Below are positions 58,154-59,773 of a DNA stretch of 59,773 bases, piece by piece. Within the stretch, counting starts at the first letter, position 1. Each line of letters starts with the position of its first letter. The notes beneath the pieces were generated by a model, which was not told the DNA's origin, searched no databases, and saw only the letters and a program-made list of their open reading frames with translations. The position numbers and the translations under genes are program-made. The DNA lies in the NCBI GenBank assembly GCA_028826165.1, contig JAPDFW010000035.1, forward strand, positions 1 to 59,773, in the 5' to 3' direction. The DNA is from Anaeramoeba ignava BMAN. Its lineage: Eukaryota; Protista; Anaeramoebae.

Positions 58154-59577
58154 TTAAAATTCTCTTTTCTTTTCTCTAATTTGTTTTTGACGAATTTTAT
58201 CAATTATTAAATTAAAATAAAGGAGATCATTTAATTGATAATATTCAGAAGCATCAAAAAGTTCATCAACAATTTCAACAGAAAGATCTTCATCAATTTT
58301 ATTCAGATACAAAAATTGGATAACTTGTTTGATACTATGAGCACTTCTTCCGCTATAGTCATTCACACAATTCGAGCTATCGTTAACATTCAAGAACATT
58401 CCTCTGTACAAATCACTTCTTGCAATAAGAATTAATCGATGAACTTTGATTTTTTCCTGAGCAATAATGATGAAGTCCTTTGAGTCTTCGTCAGAATACA
58501 AGCGTTCCAAATCGCGAATTAGACCTTTCTTGCCAGATTTATTTGCGACCCAATTCTCGTCGAATCCGAGAGTTCTTGGCTATTGGTATTATAGTGCTAT
58601 TTGATATTCCACTGTAGATAAAACTGAGGAAATCAAAAACTTCAAATGTTGATTTTGAGTATGAAATTTGGATCAATTTGGAAACATTTTCTTTCCCGAT
58701 TCGAAGCTCAATTATCAGTCGATGCGCAGGTATTTTTTGTGAGTTTGTGGGTATTTCAATATCAGTGAATTCCTTTCTTTCTAACAAATTCTGGAAGTCA
58801 GAAATCAAACTTTTGGAAACTAAAGAAAACACAAATGAAGTGTCTTCACCACAAACAACTTTGATTGAGTGGTTTTCAAACGAAATGTTTGGATCAATGA
58901 CCATTTCGTGGAATTTATCTATTGGCTCTCCCGCTTTCCAAATATAAACATCATTTTGACTTGTGATTGCAAGTGAATGAGTTGATGATGAAGAAATATC
59001 AGTGATATTTTTATTCACAAGAAAATCAACAACTGAAAAAATGAGTTTTTGATTTGATCCAACAAAATAAACAAAATTCTCAGGATTTGAGGAGGTTGTT
59101 TTTCTTTGCGCAAGAAGGAAACTATGGTTTTGTCCTGTAGCTATTTTGAGGATTGCGCCGATTGGGAATTTTGGATTGTTTTCTGTTATGATTTTGTTTG
59201 GAATGCTTATATTTTTTTGGTGATTAAGTGAAAGTTGGCCTTGTAAATTGAGTCCACAAGAAAATAATTGGCCGTTTAAGTCTTGGAAATAGAAAAACTC
59301 TGAACTCAATCCGGAAAATACTCTCTGAACATTATTTGCGCAAAGAAGTGGTCTGTTTGAACTAGGAATAGTGGCTACTCCAAGTTGTCCGTTTTGATTT
59401 GCACCACAACTGTAAAGTTGACAGTTGTTTGTGATAAAATATGTTTGATTTTTTCCACATATAATATCGTGAACTGATATTGCTTTTTCAAAGAAAAAAC
59501 GATTTTGTGTTGGTGTTCCTACATAGCTTCGATAATCTTCTGGTAATGCAAGCTGTCCAAATTTATTACTTCCCCAA
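58154..59577 (-). CDS. Divergent RCC1-repeat + tandem BTB protein (3' exon; frameshift ~58570; 5' part beyond an intron at the window edge)
   Basis: WGSNKFGQL, CGANQNGQLG, CGLNLQGQL, ATGQNHS; FTDIEI..PAHRLII; LGFDENWV..KGLIRDLERLY..KDFII..KVHRLILIARSDLYRGMF; AG acceptor at 59578-59579. Confidence 0.82.
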
Positions 59578-59773
59578 CTTTTATATTAATTTTTTTTTAA
59601 ATATTTTTTATATAAATTTAAATATTTTTTTTAAATATTTTCAAATTTAAATATTTTATTTTGAATTTAAATATTTTTATTAAATATTTTATTTTGAATA
59701 TTTTTTTTTAAATATTTTTATTAAATATTTTTGGATTTAAATATTGGAATTTAAATATTTTTGAAATATTTTT

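Overview
Extremely AT-rich eukaryotic (protist) genomic DNA with GT-AG spliceosomal introns. Introns and intergenic spacers are filled with 5-12 bp satellites. The gene content and style are consistent with an anaerobic metamonad such as Anaeramoeba (inference only). 1-25.6 kb is a bidirectional array of 11 RCC1-propeller + tandem-BTB genes: 7 on the minus strand and 4 on the plus strand, several with frameshifts or stops. The array radiates from a central divergent pair: a 3-exon Ubc12/UBE2M-like NEDD8 E2 that the ORF track misses, and an ankyrin-repeat + tandem-BTB gene. The RCC1 paralogues are nearly identical except at short hypervariable loops, and they are segmental mosaics of one another, which suggests a diversifying repertoire of Cullin-3 substrate receptors. 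Next come SSRP1/Pob3 and a 4.8 kb patchwork of transposon fragments (non-LTR-like, Kolobok-like, MULE, Crypton). After that is an IMPACT gene whose ~4 kb intron holds a USP fragment and a TTAA-flanked Kolobok/Mutator-like transposon. The remainder holds a 3-exon HEAT-repeat gene, a 9-exon SH3-PX-BAR sorting nexin, an inverted pair of FG-GAP/FN3 type-I membrane proteins and a divergent RCC1-BTB gene at the right edge. Many single-base frameshifts lie in homopolymers or microsatellites and may be assembly errors.
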